NCBI GenBank assembly: GCA_008632985.1
Contig: QPGO01000040.1
Coordinates: 129,719-193,718, forward strand
DNA length: 64,000 bases
Direction: 5' to 3'
Origin: Psammoneis japonica
Taxonomy: Eukaryota
The position numbers and the translations under genes were made by a program. The stretch's first letter is position 1, and every line of letters begins with the position of its first letter. Under the pieces are notes generated by a model that saw only the letters and a program-made list of their open reading frames with translations, was not told the DNA's origin and searched no databases. Positions 12,149 through 25,153 of this stretch are shown in pieces.

Positions 12149-14419
12149 ATGACAGAAAGCGAGTCAACCAAACAACAAACTAACAATGATGATGTCTTTG
12201 TAACGACACCCACCATGACTCGATCCATGTGGTTGTATTGGATTCTTCCCCTCTTGATATTTGTTGTTGCAACTCGATATGGTTTGGTGGCTCCCGAAAC
12301 CAAAACTGTAGCAGCCAAGAGTGGTGGTAAGCATCATCCAAGTCAAAAAACTTCAGTAAAGCTCGACTTCAACAAACAAAAACAAGAGCAGAAAAACAAA
12401 AAGGCCAGAAACAACAACAACAAAAAACATACTACCAGCTCTGTTGACGAGAAAATCAAAAAGTATTCTCGTGGATATCAACAAGTTTGGAAGATTGTGA
12501 ATGAACGTCGTCAAAAGTACAATGTACCTCAGTTGAAACCGTTAAAGAAAAAGAAAAAGATTGAAAAGCGCAAACAGGCAAACGATGCTGCAGAAGCCCA
12601 ACGTCCTCTCCGAGACAACAACAGACTAGTACTACTCCAAAACAGCATGTGCGTTCCGATCCCAATCGAGCCGCAACCATGGAATTTATAGACAAGCAAC
12701 GTTCTGTGGTAAAGCAGGATCCTACCCATCTCGACAATATTATTGGATTGGCCGATGCCATGCGTCATGCCGATTTGACCTATCACGATGGTGGATCGCT
12801 TCAAATGGAAGCACTCGATCTCTATCAACAAGCCATTGATTTGGTACTCGAGCAAAAGCAACAACAAGAAGAAGTTTCAAGCGAAACTTCGTCTTCTGGT
12901 AGTATAAAGGACGAATTGTTTGTACCCATGCACGAAAAGTCCTTGGACGGTAAATTGTGTGCCTTGTACACGAATCGAGGTAAATTGCTCTTCATGGCCA
13001 ACATGTTTGAAAAGGCAGTCGAATCCTATAAGTTCGCCTTGCAATTGGAACCCTTGTATTTGGATGCACTTGGTGCCATGGGAACTTCTCTCCTCATTCT
13101 AGGACAATACGAGGAAGCGGGACAAGCCTTTTATACATTGTTGCAAAATGATTCGGATCGTATCTTTGTGGATGTCTTTACCGGATTGTCCAAAGTCTTG
13201 ACTGTCAAGGAGAGTGCTGTGCCGGGTGGATGGGATACCATGGTGACGCCTATACAAGAATTGATTCCATCCTTTATTCGAGACTTTGAAAACATCCAGA
13301 CAACAACAGCTACACAACAACAACAACAAAAGGTTGCCTTGGCGGATTCGTTGAATCGTTTGCATCATGCCATGTTTATCTATCATGATGTCAAGACCAA
13401 GAATACAAGCGAGGCATACAAGTACTTGTCAACGGGATACAAGTACAAAATGGCCGTCTTGCCGGAATGGAATGCCAGCTTTGAATCACAAAAAGTGTTG
13501 CAGACACAACAGATTTTTCGTGCCGGCTTTTGGCCACCCCACGTCGGGAGTGATACGCAAACACCCATTTTCATCATTGGATTTGTACGGAGTGGTTCGA
13601 CTCTTTGGAACGAGTGTTGGATGCTCATTCACTTATTGTAGGGACGGGAGAAGATTCCGTGTTTAATGGACGATTGGATGAAATACGCAACGACATTGTT
13701 CAAGCCAGCATGACGGGAGATGAAACTGCCATTCAAACGACGGTACAACGACACGCCGACGGTGTCGTCAAGGATATGCGAAAACGATGGCAAACACTGG
13801 AATCTCAAGTTCATCGTGAATCCAATGCTGACGACGACAAGAATGAAAAGCAACAACAATCACCACTACGATTTGCGGATAAAATGCTTACCAACTACAT
13901 GAATGTTGGTTTTTACACATGCTCTTTCCCAAGGCATTGATTTTACACGTGGCACGAAACCCCATGGATACAGTCTTTTCCGCCTACAAGCATGAATTTC
14001 CGTCGGGAACCTTGGATTACACATCGGATTATTCATCCTTGGCACAATTGTACAAGTCGTATCGAACAATCATGCAACATTGGGACGACGTTTTGCCCGG
14101 TCGTATTGTCCATGTCCGGTACGAAGACATGGTGCACGACATGCCCAACATGGCACGTGCTATAATCAAAAGCACGGGATTGCAATGGGAAGATGCCGTT
14201 TTGGACTTTTACAAGAAACGTCATGCCGTCAATACCCTGTCCACAACGCAAGTGCGAAAACAAGTTTACAAGGATAGTTTGAGTGCGTGGAAACGGTACG
14301 AAGAACCACTCCAACCGTTGGTGGAAATGCTGGGAGAGTATGCAACGTGGGATTTGAAAACGACACTGCCATCGTATAGTCCTCCTCCTCTTGAGGAGGA
14401 GGAAAAGGAGGAGTTGTAG
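12149..14419 (+). CDS. Membrane-anchored TPR + sulfotransferase (Sulfotransfer_3-type); three apparent frameshifts (~12600, ~13604, ~13912)
   Basis: N-terminal TM WLYWILPLLIFVV, TPR-like helices, PAPS loop FIIGFVRSGSTL-LERVLDAHS, DKMLTNY, ILHVARNPMDTVFS, VRYEDMV, and V.TLSTTQVRKQVY..S..WKRY. Confidence 0.85.
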
Positions 14420-14620
14420 TATTAGGAAGTAGTTTAGTAGAGTGGCAGTGCTAGAGAATGGAGTCTCCTGCTAAGTTAGCTACAGTAGAATATGATAGTA
14501 GAGCAAATAGTGTAGAGAGAGGATTTCTCCTGCTAAGGTAGCTCTACTTAGAGGCTAGAGCTACTAGAGCTACTCTCTAAAGTAGCTATAAGTAGAAGCA
14601 GTGGAGAGTGGATGGAGAGA
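14420..14620. repeat. CTAG/TAG/AGAG-rich low-complexity intergenic tract
   Basis: Examples include tagagctactagagctactctctaaagtagctataagtag and a duplicated tctcctgctaag.tagct. Confidence 0.6.
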
Positions 14621-15573
14621 GGGTTTGTTTCGATCACGAGGGCTACAACCTCGATCTCCATTTTTTTTATGCGAGCTCGTGCCTATCTCCGGGTTTCACA
14701 ATGTTGCAGAGTCATTTTGAGCCTACGTAGAAAACATACTACACGCTACAGCCATCCGTTGAAACCGGCACTCGGAAAATGACAGCACCGCAAAAAACGG
14801 CATCAACATACCGGTACACCCAACACCAACAACAAACACCTCTCCTTCTTTTTCTCCCATCAATTTTTGTTTCAACCATTCGGAGAACAAATCTCATGCG
14901 TCGTGGTGGAAACACACCCAGTAACGCAGTAGCAGGTAGTAGTGGAAGTCGATCAAGTCCACAACAAAAACAAGAATCAACACCAGTAGTACAGCAACAA
15001 ATAGAGTTGGAACAGCAAATGAGGTATGTTATTTTGTGTTACTCTAGTGTTTTATGTATGAATGCGCTGTATGCTCTACTATGATGCGCATCACTGGAAT
15101 TGTTCTTGACTTGATAAGCGTATCGAATCTATCTGTTGATTGTCATAAGTCACGGTATGGCTCGACATATGCGCATCAACACTAGCCTACCCTGCAGTAT
15201 GCAACTGAAGTGTGAATCTGTGTAAGAGTTGCAGCTATGCTCTTAGGACTAGCTCTCTCTCTCTGCCTCTACGTTAGCATAAGCTTACATGAGATCCATA
15301 CAGTAGGGTGTATGTTGTTTGATGACGCGTGTCAAATCACACACAACCGTCGTCGTCCGGTGCAGGAGAGTTGCACTTTTGTTCGTTTTGCAAAAGACCT
15401 GTAGGATCATACTGTTGTTGATACTGTGCCAATTTTTGTTCGCTTCACAAGGACCCTCGCACAAACACACACACACCAAAATCTTGCACTGCCTCGTTCA
15501 CTCATTATTTTTCTAAATTCAGACTCATTCTAACACACTACTTGCGCATTTCTCTCTATTCATCATCATCATC

Positions 15574-16805
15574 ATGGTGTGGGAACTCTTGTTTGGCTCC
15601 TCCTCTAGTCCAAAGAACGAAAAGTTGGAAAAGGGAGTTGAAGTGCCCATGGGAAATACAAGTACCTCCGGTGGCAGTGCAGGCAAATGAATAACTGGAT
15701 CGCCTCCAAGATGGAAAGCAATCCGGACTTTTTCAAACAAGCCATCAAGTTTGCCCTGTGCTTTTGTGGTCTTCAAGCATCCTACCTCACGTGGGGTTAT
15801 ATGCAAGAACTCATCATGACGACCGTCTTTGAACCGACACCGCACGTTCCGACTGGCCGCTTCCCATCGGCAGCCTTTTGTGTCTTTTCCAACCGTTTCC
15901 TTGCCGTCTTGGTGGCACTCGTGGCGGTCCGACTCAAGCACGGAGCGTTTTTTGCCAATAATCACGCTCCGCTCTTGGCCTTTACGCCCTGTGCCGTGTC
16001 CAACACAGTGAGCTCGTGGAGTCAGTACGCGTCTCTCAATTATGTATCCTTTCCGGTACAGACGGTATTCAAGAGTTCCAAAATCATTCCAGTCATGATT
16101 ATGGGAAAGATTCTCAAGGGAAACTCATACCCGTGTGGACAGTACATGGAAGCCTTGTTGATTACCGTCGGTGTCGCCATTTTTTCCGTCGCGTCCAAGT
16201 CGGGTGACAATACAAACAGCACCGAGCTTGTCGGATTGCTCTTTTTGTTCATGTACATTACCTTTGATTCCTTCACGTCCCAGTGGCAGGATAAGGTTTA
16301 CCAAAAGTACGGACGCGCCAATGTCGATCCCTACCAAATGATGTTGGGTGTCAACACATCGGCCATTTGCATCACAACGGCCGGTCTCATTATCACGGGT
16401 GACTTTCCCATTGTCTACGAATTCCTTCAAGCCAATCCGTCTGTCTTTTTCTACAATGTCGTAACGGCCATCACGTCAGCGTCGGGACAACTTTGTATCT
16501 TTTACACAATCAAGGAATTTGGTCCCGTCGTCTTTACTATCATTATGACGACGCGACAAATGTTTTCCATTGTCATTTCCAGCATTATCTTTGGACACCA
16601 GATATCCATGGTGGCCATGGTCGGTGCGACTTTGGTGTTTAGCGTCATTTTTTATCAAATTCGACGCAAGTATTTGGCGCGAAAGAGTGGTGGTGGTAAT
16701 CAAGTTGTCATGGTTCCCAAGAGTTCCAGTGTTGTGGAACATGAAGATAGTATCAAGCAACAGGAAATGCAACCCATGATGCAAAAGTCATCGCAGCAAC
16801 AGTAA
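15574..16805 (+). CDS. SLC35B2: PAPS transporter 1-like nucleotide-sugar transporter (UAA/SLC35B family); apparent -1 frameshift at ~15685; possible alternative first exon 14896-15023
   Basis: FCFCGLQASYLTWGYMQE, SSWSQYASLNYVSFPVQTVFKSSKIIPVMIMGK, FDSFTSQWQD and FTIIMTTRQMFSI match the PAPST1/slalom family motifs I recognise. Multiple TM helices. Confidence 0.85.
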
Positions 16806-17021
16806 AAGAGAGAAAGAAGCATTGTGTTTTGAGTGAATCAAAACTATATGCGATCGTACGTCAATACTCTAGAGAGTAGTTTTCAAGAAACCACGGTTCT
16901 GTGTCTTTAGTGTTTTGTAGGTAAGGTAGTACCAGTAGATAGATAGATTGCAGAAAGCGACGAGGTCCTTCTTTACGGCTGTCTTCTCTATTGTACCGTA
17001 GCAGAACGTGCTGTTTCTCAG

Positions 17022-17518
17022 TCCATTCATTATAATGAATTGGACTGATGGTGAGAGTGTTTGCACTGCAAAGATTTAACTACTTTTATATACTTCAATC
17101 AGTGTGAACGCAAGTCGCTCCAAACCATGCCATGCCGATTAGGAACATCTAAGTATAGTCAAGCTCTGGCTCTCTTGCTTAAGAGTGCGTAGGATAGAGG
17201 AGAGGATGAATGCCGAAATGGAGTTTGTAGGGTTCGAGAGCGAGAGTTAGACAAACCAAAGGATTGAGCTGTTTCTTACTGCTACCTACCACTCACTCCA
17301 TTTATTGTAAAATGAATTGGACGGATTGGGAGAATATTGACACTGTAAAGAGTAAACTAGTTTTATATTTGAGTATGAATGCAAATCGCCCAAAGTCATG
17401 CCATGACGATTAGGAACAACTAAGCACAGTCAAGATCAGGCTCTCTAGCTAAGGCTGAATGCCGAGATGAAGATTTATTTAGAGTTCGAGAGAGATTGTT
17501 TGACAAACAAGGATTGTC
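17022..17518 (+). repeat. Diverged tandem duplication (~17022-17250 and ~17297-17518)
   Basis: Shared aatgaattggac, catgccatg.cgattaggaaca.ctaag, ggctctct, tgaatgccga, gttcgagag and gacaaac..aaggattg. Confidence 0.85.
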
Positions 17519-18161
17519 TCGGACGGCTCTTGGTTTTACGCCCCTCAAACGTTGCTAGCTAGAGTACAACATGTTGGTCCGAGCTTAACAACCGAACGCC
17601 CTCAATACCGTGGAGGCATCAATTTCAATCCTGAGTTTGACAATGACCGCCGAGAGGAAAACACGACTTTTGTACTAATTCCTTATGTAGAAAGTTAGTA
17701 GGATACTATGCGGGACTATGAAGAGTCATAGTCATTAATTCTCCTTTATATCCATTTAAACAGCTTTACATAGTACTATAAATTATAAAGTTTTTCAGGT
17801 TGATAGTAAGTATGATTATTGTATTCAAGTATGAATCTAATAATGAGCATTTATATCATAGTTTGAACCGTGAAGAATTAACATAATAAACAGATTCTTT
17901 AGCTAACTATTTTGAATCCATCTATATGTCCCTTGCATATAAAGCTTCATGCATTTAGTAAGTTTAAACACACCGGCGAACCCTGGCATTCGTCCCAGTC
18001 ACGAAAAGGTGGTCACAAATCGAGGAAAGGAGCTAAAGACCGCACACACAAACGAGAAGAGCAAATAGCCTTTCCAACCTTGTGCAACACTTTGCAACAT
18101 CACAAACTACCACAGTAACCAAGCCTGTCCTACTTTCAATCGATTTGGATTAGAAGAGACA

Positions 18162-18963
18162 ATGCCGTCAACGAAAAGAGATACGAGGACATCTCGAGTG
18201 AACAGTCTCGGAGCTGCGTTGTACTATAACTGCGCCGTTCCAAACCATGATTTATCTTCCTATCAGACTGTATCACCGGATACATCTCCACAGAATCCCG
18301 GTGCCCATGCAACGCAACTGTCTTACGACTCCCGAGCTCTCATGAATTGCAATCCCGATAGTTTCTCGGTTGGTTTTAGCGAGCCACCACAGGCAACAAT
18401 GGCCGATGCTCTCAAGCCCGCAGTGGCATCTCCCTCGCCCAAGAGGAGAAAGAAACAGTCGCTGAGTGACAAGTCATGGGAGGCAACTTTTGAACGTTTA
18501 TTGGAGTACAAGCGTGTCAATGGAGATATGCTGGTCCCCTGGAGGTATCAGGCTGACCCCCAGCTTGGGAATTGGGTCAAGGAGCAGAGAAAAAAGAAGA
18601 AAAACGGCTCGTTGGCACCCGATCGGGAAGAACGCCTCGAGGCGGCTGGCTTTGTATGGCGTGTGCAGCAGAACCACCGTGTGGAGGCCTGGGAGGACGT
18701 GTTTCAACGTCTTGTTCAATACAAGGAAAAGGTAAAGCTTACGAATAGACGGCATGAAACGTGACTAAGAGGAATCGTGTGTGTTTGTTTCTAACTCATT
18801 CTCCTTGATCATCACTTTTTTCTAACAGCACGGCAACTGTATGGTACCAAGCAACTACAAGGATGATCCCAAATTGGGACGTTGGGTATCAATGCAGCGT
18901 TTTAGGCAAGAGAGTCTTTCCCAGGATCGTCGGGAAAAGCTAGAGTCGATTGGGTTTGTTTAA
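18162..18963 (+). CDS. Helicase-associated (HA) domain repeat protein; intron 18732-18828
   Basis: Two HA repeats: WEATFERLLEYKRVNGDMLVP..DPQLGNWVKEQR..LEAAGFVW and WEDVFQRLVQYKEK|HGNCMVP..DPKLGRWVSMQR..LESIGFV. Canonical gtaaag...ctaacag intron. Confidence 0.85.
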
Positions 18964-20339
18964 ATCAACATCCAAGACCCAGTGTCACGCGCATACACGA
19001 TTGATAGAATGGTCTGTCAATGTCGTCTATCCAAAAGAGGCTTTGACACCATCTTTGGCTCAATAGCTAATCTAATTTTTTAAAGAGAAGAACAGCAATG
19101 CACTAAATCGTAGTAAGAACTATTCAAAGCTTTCGCCCTTCGCCATGCTCTCTCTAGTAGCGAGTACCAGTTGTGTTGCGATGCTCCCTCAATTTTTTTC
19201 AATAGCCACATAGTAATTGGTCCCTTCTCTCTAGAGAGCTCTTAACCACACACCCAAGGTCACTTTGAACCAGATAGCGGAGCTGCACAATGCGCAGCGA
19301 ACGGGTTGTTAATTCCTCCCGCCTCGAGCAATCGAAGATTCATACAACATACTTATAATAACCTAGCTGCTACGAGTCAGGTAACCTTACTCCTATAAGA
19401 CATGAATGGAACTCTCCGTCTAAGGTTGTGCTGCTCTAGAGAGATCTTTGTACTCATTCCTCGAATGAGCAATGGAACGTCTAGTTTTGTTCATGCTGTC
19501 GCTCTCTAATAGCGGTTTGCGGGTTACGTTGCTTCTCTGTTGTTCTTTTTGAAAGCACGCACACTCAACTTGTTGCACCTAAATTTTCAATCCTTGCTTC
19601 TTGCACGACGCCGAACTAAGGCTAGAGGTCACCAGAACTCTATTAGAAAATGAAAGCATGGCAGCAGTAGTCTAGAAAGAGAGTGTTGTGCAACATGCAC
19701 CTCACACCTCAACATCGGATGTCGCTGACAAACTGACAAGTGACCTAATTGCAATCAACGTCACACTCACTCACCTCGCTCTCGATCGACGTCTCTCGAT
19801 CACTCATTGGCTTCCTTCAAATAAAGTCATATTCGTTTCTGAACCTTCAAAGCTTTTCCTAAGTCATCCATGAGCAACACTGCCCCCAAGACTGCCTTTC
19901 GCAAGGTACTCATATGTTTTGTGTACCCGACCATTTTTTAGGTTTGTCGCAATCTTGGAAGACAACAGAAATACTTAACGTAGTCAGCAGATCTACTTTA
20001 GATGATCAACTAAGTTTACTAATATTCATATTGACTATTCGAATTTGTCACGGGAACTACATATTGCCCTTTCCTTTTGTGTGCTTCTTTTTCCACGTCG
20101 GTGTCACGAATTGTTTTATTATGACAGTCTCAAAGACAGTTTTTCCCAAAAGCGCAATTTTTGACGATCACAACACGACACTATGGGTCTTGGAAGCTAT
20201 TGTGACGGTCTTGCCAGGGTCTTGTTGTCAAGTTTTGCACCTTCTTCTTGTAGACTTTAGCGACAAGGAGAATCGCCAAAGACATAAACGAACACCGATC
20301 AATAGAGTTCAGAGCACTCTTATTAGAGAATTGAGCAAC

Positions 20340-21287
20340 ATGAGTCCTTCGTTGATTTCTTTCTTGAAACGTTCTCCTCGTGAACACGCAAAAAAGAAGA
20401 GTGCACAAGAAGATCTAAAGTACGAGGACGCCACTTGTACGCTGAGTGATAGCTCCACGAGCTTCTCAATTCCGTCGACAATTTTTACAACACCGGACAG
20501 CACTAATCATCGTTCCACAGCCATGGACTTTTTTAGCGAGGAGGTGGTTCATGAGCAATGCCGGTATGGATACGGGATACCTATTCAAGAGCCAATGACT
20601 ATCTCTTCAACATTGGACCATACGTTTACGCAGGAAGACAGTGAAAACAGACACAGCCAACACCGAAACTTGAGCCCTCAGCCACTGTCGGAGTCATCGT
20701 TCCCGGCCTATTCAGGTGGAACCTTTGAAGAGGTAGAACGGCGAGGTCGGCGAGGTCAACCAGAGCTTCAGCTCCAAAGATGCATTCGGCAGACTGTCCT
20801 TCAAACACCGACCTCCTCTCTGTCAAGTGAAAGAACTCGAGCGGAAAAAAGAAGTGAGGGCTTTCGACAATCGAATATTTCAGTGCCGCAGCGTACTGCA
20901 ACTTGTAACTCGAACGCAGTTACATCAGACAAGTCTAAGAAGGAAAAGCAGTGGACACGTCACCCCATTCAAGTTTATCCAGGCTTGAAGCTGCCACTCC
21001 GGGGTAGCGAAGAAACGCTGGATGCTCTTCGGAGGGGATGTGTGACGCAAGTGTCTTGTTTGGAATGCACTCTCTACCTCTACTGCATTGACACCGCGCA
21101 GCATGTTTTGTGCCCTGAATGTCGTAGCATAAGTCCCAACCCGGAGTACAATGAGGGTGTCGGAGGCGTTGGATTAGGCTTTTCGAGCTATACTGCGAAC
21201 GATTTGTTGGAGACAACTGACAGCATGGATGACAATGGCAGCCAAGATGGCTCCTCCCAAGATTTGTATGTTCCGTCCATTGTGTAG
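20340..21287 (+). CDS. Uncharacterised Ser/Thr-rich protein with C-terminal Cys cluster (putative Zn-binding)
   Basis: Long ORF ending in PLRGSEET..CLEC..C..LCPECRSISP. The start codon is uncertain. A (CAG)n run follows. Confidence 0.65.
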   Translation: MSPSLISFLKRSPREHAKKKSAQEDLKYEDATCTLSDSSTSFSIPSTIFTTPDSTNHRSTAMDFFSEEVVHEQCRYGYGIPIQEPMTISSTLDHTFTQEDSENRHSQHRNLSPQPLSESSFPAYSGGTFEEVERRGRRGQPELQLQRCIRQTVLQTPTSSLSSERTRAEKRSEGFRQSNISVPQRTATCNSNAVTSDKSKKEKQWTRHPIQVYPGLKLPLRGSEETLDALRRGCVTQVSCLECTLYLYCIDTAQHVLCPECRSISPNPEYNEGVGGVGLGFSSYTANDLLETTDSMDDNGSQDGSSQDLYVPSIV

Positions 21288-21507
21288 CAGCAGCAGCAGC
21301 AGCAGCAGGGGCTCCATCGAACACAAAGGTGGACAGCTCGTAAGAGTAGAAAGATCCAAACAAGGCTCGCCCAAAGATCAAAGCTGGTCCCAACCGTCAA
21401 CTAAAAAGGAATGACATGACAGATACGTGGTACAAATATAAAGATTTTTGAAAATTAGAACAAATCATGTATGCATTCATAAAGGTTGTCGGAGCACTAT
21501 CCAAGAC

Positions 21508-24235
21508 TTAGAAACGGAATCGAGTTTCGTCGTCAGAACAGAATTCGCGACAATAGTCAGGGAGCTTCTTTTCCAACTTTTGCTTGCGGCTCCTGTCGTC
21601 CTCGTCAAGAGGTACATCAACGCTTGTTCCGCCTGGGCATTGAAGATCCAGGTGTAACTCAGGCTCGCTTACGATTTCCGCTGTAACAAGTCCACAATCA
21701 TCGCAGTACCACCACTTGTCTTTATCGGCTGCCCACGGAGGGAAGGGTACACACGAAAGCCACGTGCAGTCTGGGCACGGGGTAGTTGCACCATCACCCT
21801 CCAAGAGTACAATGAGAGTGATGACAATCGCAATGAGACTCACGATCAGGCCAAAGAAACGAACAACGATATGCTTTGTTCTTTTCAATATGCCCTCTGC
21901 CATGCCAAAGAAATCACTAGAAACCCGTTCCATGGTTGAAATGCCACAGAGAAAGCCGTAGACCATTCCACCCAAGTCTGAATGAAGGCGAGACGAGAAT
22001 AGAAAGGTGAGAAACGGCAAGCTCGAAAATACACAGGAGTTACGTATTTAGCCAAAGAGTCAAACGTACGCGTAAAGTTGTCAACATAGGGTGTAAGCCC
22101 AATGATGGAATTGAGAATAATGTCGAGGACGAGGAAAACCAGTACGAGAATGTGGTTGTGCTTCTTTCCGTTTTCCGTGACAAAATTATTGAAGAGGAGC
22201 TTCCAGTTACTTAGGATATCCGCCAAGCAAGCGCCAATCAGTCCAAATATTCCTCCACTTGCACCAACTGTAATGTGATCAGGGAGAAAAAGTGCACTCA
22301 AGATCGTTCCACCGACTGCGGGGACGGTGAAAACTATTGTCGTTGCAATGAAGCCATGACTTGTTTCAATGGCTGCTCCGACGAACCAAAGAGCAAGCAT
22401 GTTGACAAAGTAGTGGATTAGTCCTGCGTGAAGAATGATTGACGAGACTAGTCGCCAACTCTCATACTGATGAACAATCAAGTAAGAGCTTTTGGCTCCC
22501 ATACGTATGAGGGTTTCAGCGCTTGGACCAATCATGGGGTTCTGGTCGAAAGGCTCAACTTTCCAACCGTTGAGGCCAATGGACACAATGGTAGTGATTG
22601 TGCACACAAAGAGTATGAAATAAGTGAAAAACGGTCTATTGATTCCCTTTTTCTTGCTGGCTTCAAAATCTGCCCATGAAAGATATCTGCCAACAGAGGA
22701 GATAGATTGTGAGAGAGCGTCAACAACGACCAAAATGTTAACTAAGATTACCAACGTTTCACTTACGGTTCACCGTTAGATCGTCTCCATGCTGCATCCT
22801 CGGCCCATTCTACATCCACCCTAATTCCAGACAAGTGATCGTAGAGGCCGAGAATACCCCAAGGTCGTTCGTCTCCATACTTTCTGCGACGCTTTTCTTG
22901 TGCGTATTGAAAATCACGAATACGCCTGGCCAAGGCTGGGGCCATGAGTTTTTCGCCACCCCAATCTGCCGATAGCTTTCCAGCAAAGAGACGAAGCTGA
23001 GCAATATCCTCTTCAGACTGCACCATGTTGGGATGAATTTCGGACCCGGCGAGAAATGTTTCCAAAGCTGTTTCACCACTGGGTGCCGATCCGTGCTCTT
23101 CGTCATCGTGCTTGGAATCCATCATTTCACTATCATCGTCGTCTGTCGAGTCTGTTCCTCCCCCAAATGGAGCTACGTTGGGCGAAGCCCAAGGATCAAT
23201 TGGTGAAGGAGAAGGGGGTTCAGGAGCCACAAGAGATTTACCCAAAGGGGTAAAGTCATACCCATTACTGTTTGATCCAGCAGCGGGTGTAGCAACACCG
23301 TTTGGGGTTGCTACGACAGACGCATACCTGTCCGTGCCGACTTCCTCGGTTTCCGACGCGCTTTCCATAACGTCTAGGTTTCGTTGCGCCGCTGTCGTCC
23401 CGTTTGCAGACACACTAGCAAAGGAGGCATAATCAGGATTTCGTTCTGGAGGCGCTTCTGCTCGCAAGCGTTCCGATAAATCTTCTGCATCATCTCGCGT
23501 TGTCGCCGTTTCCCTATAAGAAATGTTTTGTTTACGACCCGAGCTTCTAGTAGGATGTGAAAGCTGCTTCGCCGTCGATTCGTTCAGGTCACTCTGAATT
23601 GCTGTTGGAATGACAATCACGGCATTGTTGAGAGAAGGATGACGACTCTCACGACGACTATTGGAACTTTTCGATCGATGTCTCGGTCGACTCGAACTTT
23701 TCGACCGACACCGCGGTTTGAAGTGATCCTCCATGTATATAACTCCACTTCTGGCTTCTTCTCTCCCGATTCGATTGGTATGACGAGGCTCGTAGGAACT
23801 GCGACTAAGACTCCTTTGCCTGCTTGAGCTTGACTGTCGGTCCGTTGACCTTGCCCTCGAGTTTTGACCCGTTTGGCTTTTGGAACGTCTGGACGGTTCA
23901 TAGCCACTGCTACCTATATGTCTAGAACTGCTTGACCTTCCTCTGGAAGTAGAATGTTCCGACGGTAGTCTGTTTCGAGAAGAACTCCTGGCACGTTCCG
24001 AGTTGTGCCCACGGGTTGGACCGCGACTCGTACTTCTCGATCGCCGAGACGAATAGTCTCTTGGACTACTATTACGCGGCTCTCTCGACTCACCAAGAAC
24101 AACCTCCTCAGATGCATCATAATATGTTTGCGATCGAGACGATGAACGATGATTTGCAAAAGACGTTGAATTTACATCGACATGATTGCCACCCGCAGAT
24201 AGGCGCCGAGGTGGTAGAGTTTTGTGGTTACTCAT
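21508..24235 (-). CDS. Rhomboid-family intramembrane serine protease with long Ser/Arg-rich N-terminus; introns 22687-22766 and 21978-22069
   Basis: NPMIGPSAETLIRMGA, WRL..IILHAGLIHYFVNM, catalytic GASG, and DNFT-H-LGG formed across a splice. Cys-rich C-terminus. Confidence 0.9.
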
Positions 24236-24693
24236 TGCCTTCCGATTGAACTTTGGTACTCCTCGAAACAAGCGATAACAAGAGTGTCAAGGTCAAGAGA
24301 GAGGGTCGTGTGAAAAGCAATGGTTCACCTTTTGGATTCTCATGTTGTGCGGTATTTATTCGTTGATTTTGTGACTAGCGATAGCTCCGTAGAAGGGATA
24401 CCAGTATATCGCGTAGAAATACGAAACGATCATCGTTCTGTTTTTTCGATAGATTGTAGAATGATGACGTGCCTTTATTTAACAACACACATGAAACAAT
24501 ATATATTATGCAGCTTTTAATCCTTTTAATGATCAAAGATTTCCTGCGTCAGCGCTTCAAGTTCTACGGAGATTTTGTACCAGGGCCTACGTACACAATT
24601 GACACCACTTTTTGAGGGGTTCACTTTTTTCAGAAACACAACATCCCTCATTGTTTGCGTTGCTGACACTTTTCAATTCTGTGAAAGAACATC

Positions 24694-25153
24694 ATGAGGA
24701 ACATTGCCGTTGCTACGACACTCTTGCTTGCCCTCTTCTTGGGAGTGGCTACCGCCTTTTTCCGTCCTGCGAGTCCCTATCAGGTGCCCGAAAACCCCGT
24801 CTTGTCTGGACATGCTGCTGAGGAGAAGACGACCAAGAACCTCATGGACAACCCGGATGTGGTGGAGGACAAGAACATTCATCCGGCTCGCAAGTGTGGC
24901 TTCTGCATGGGAGTAAGTGACTGTGTAATATTGTTATATTGTTGCTGTAGGCCCTAGAGTCCTTGGTGAAGGAAGAAGAATTGCTCAGAATACTGTTCTT
25001 GTCGCTGCTTGCTGCGTGATTTGTTTCTAGATTTCTTCAGTTTTTGATATGTTCCTCTTTATACTCTCTCACCCCTTTCTAATTATATTTACCAATCTCT
25101 TCCATTTTTAACAGTGAGCCGGGCAGACAAATTGTCCCGTCAGTGGCTTGTAG
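24694..25153 (+). CDS. Small signal-peptide protein with CGFC (CxxC); exon 2 begins with in-frame TGA (stop at 25117, or Sec readthrough to TAG 25151-25153)
   Basis: MRNIAVATTLLLALFLGVATAFF...HPARKCGFCMG|gtaagt (intron 24913-25114, branch ctaat, acceptor taacag)|TGA GCC GGG... Confidence 0.7.

Noticed and set aside
19914..20339. Upstream 142 codons of the 457-aa ORF
   Set aside because: Reads like UTR or intergenic sequence. The downstream ATG at 20340 seems more plausible, though this is unproven.
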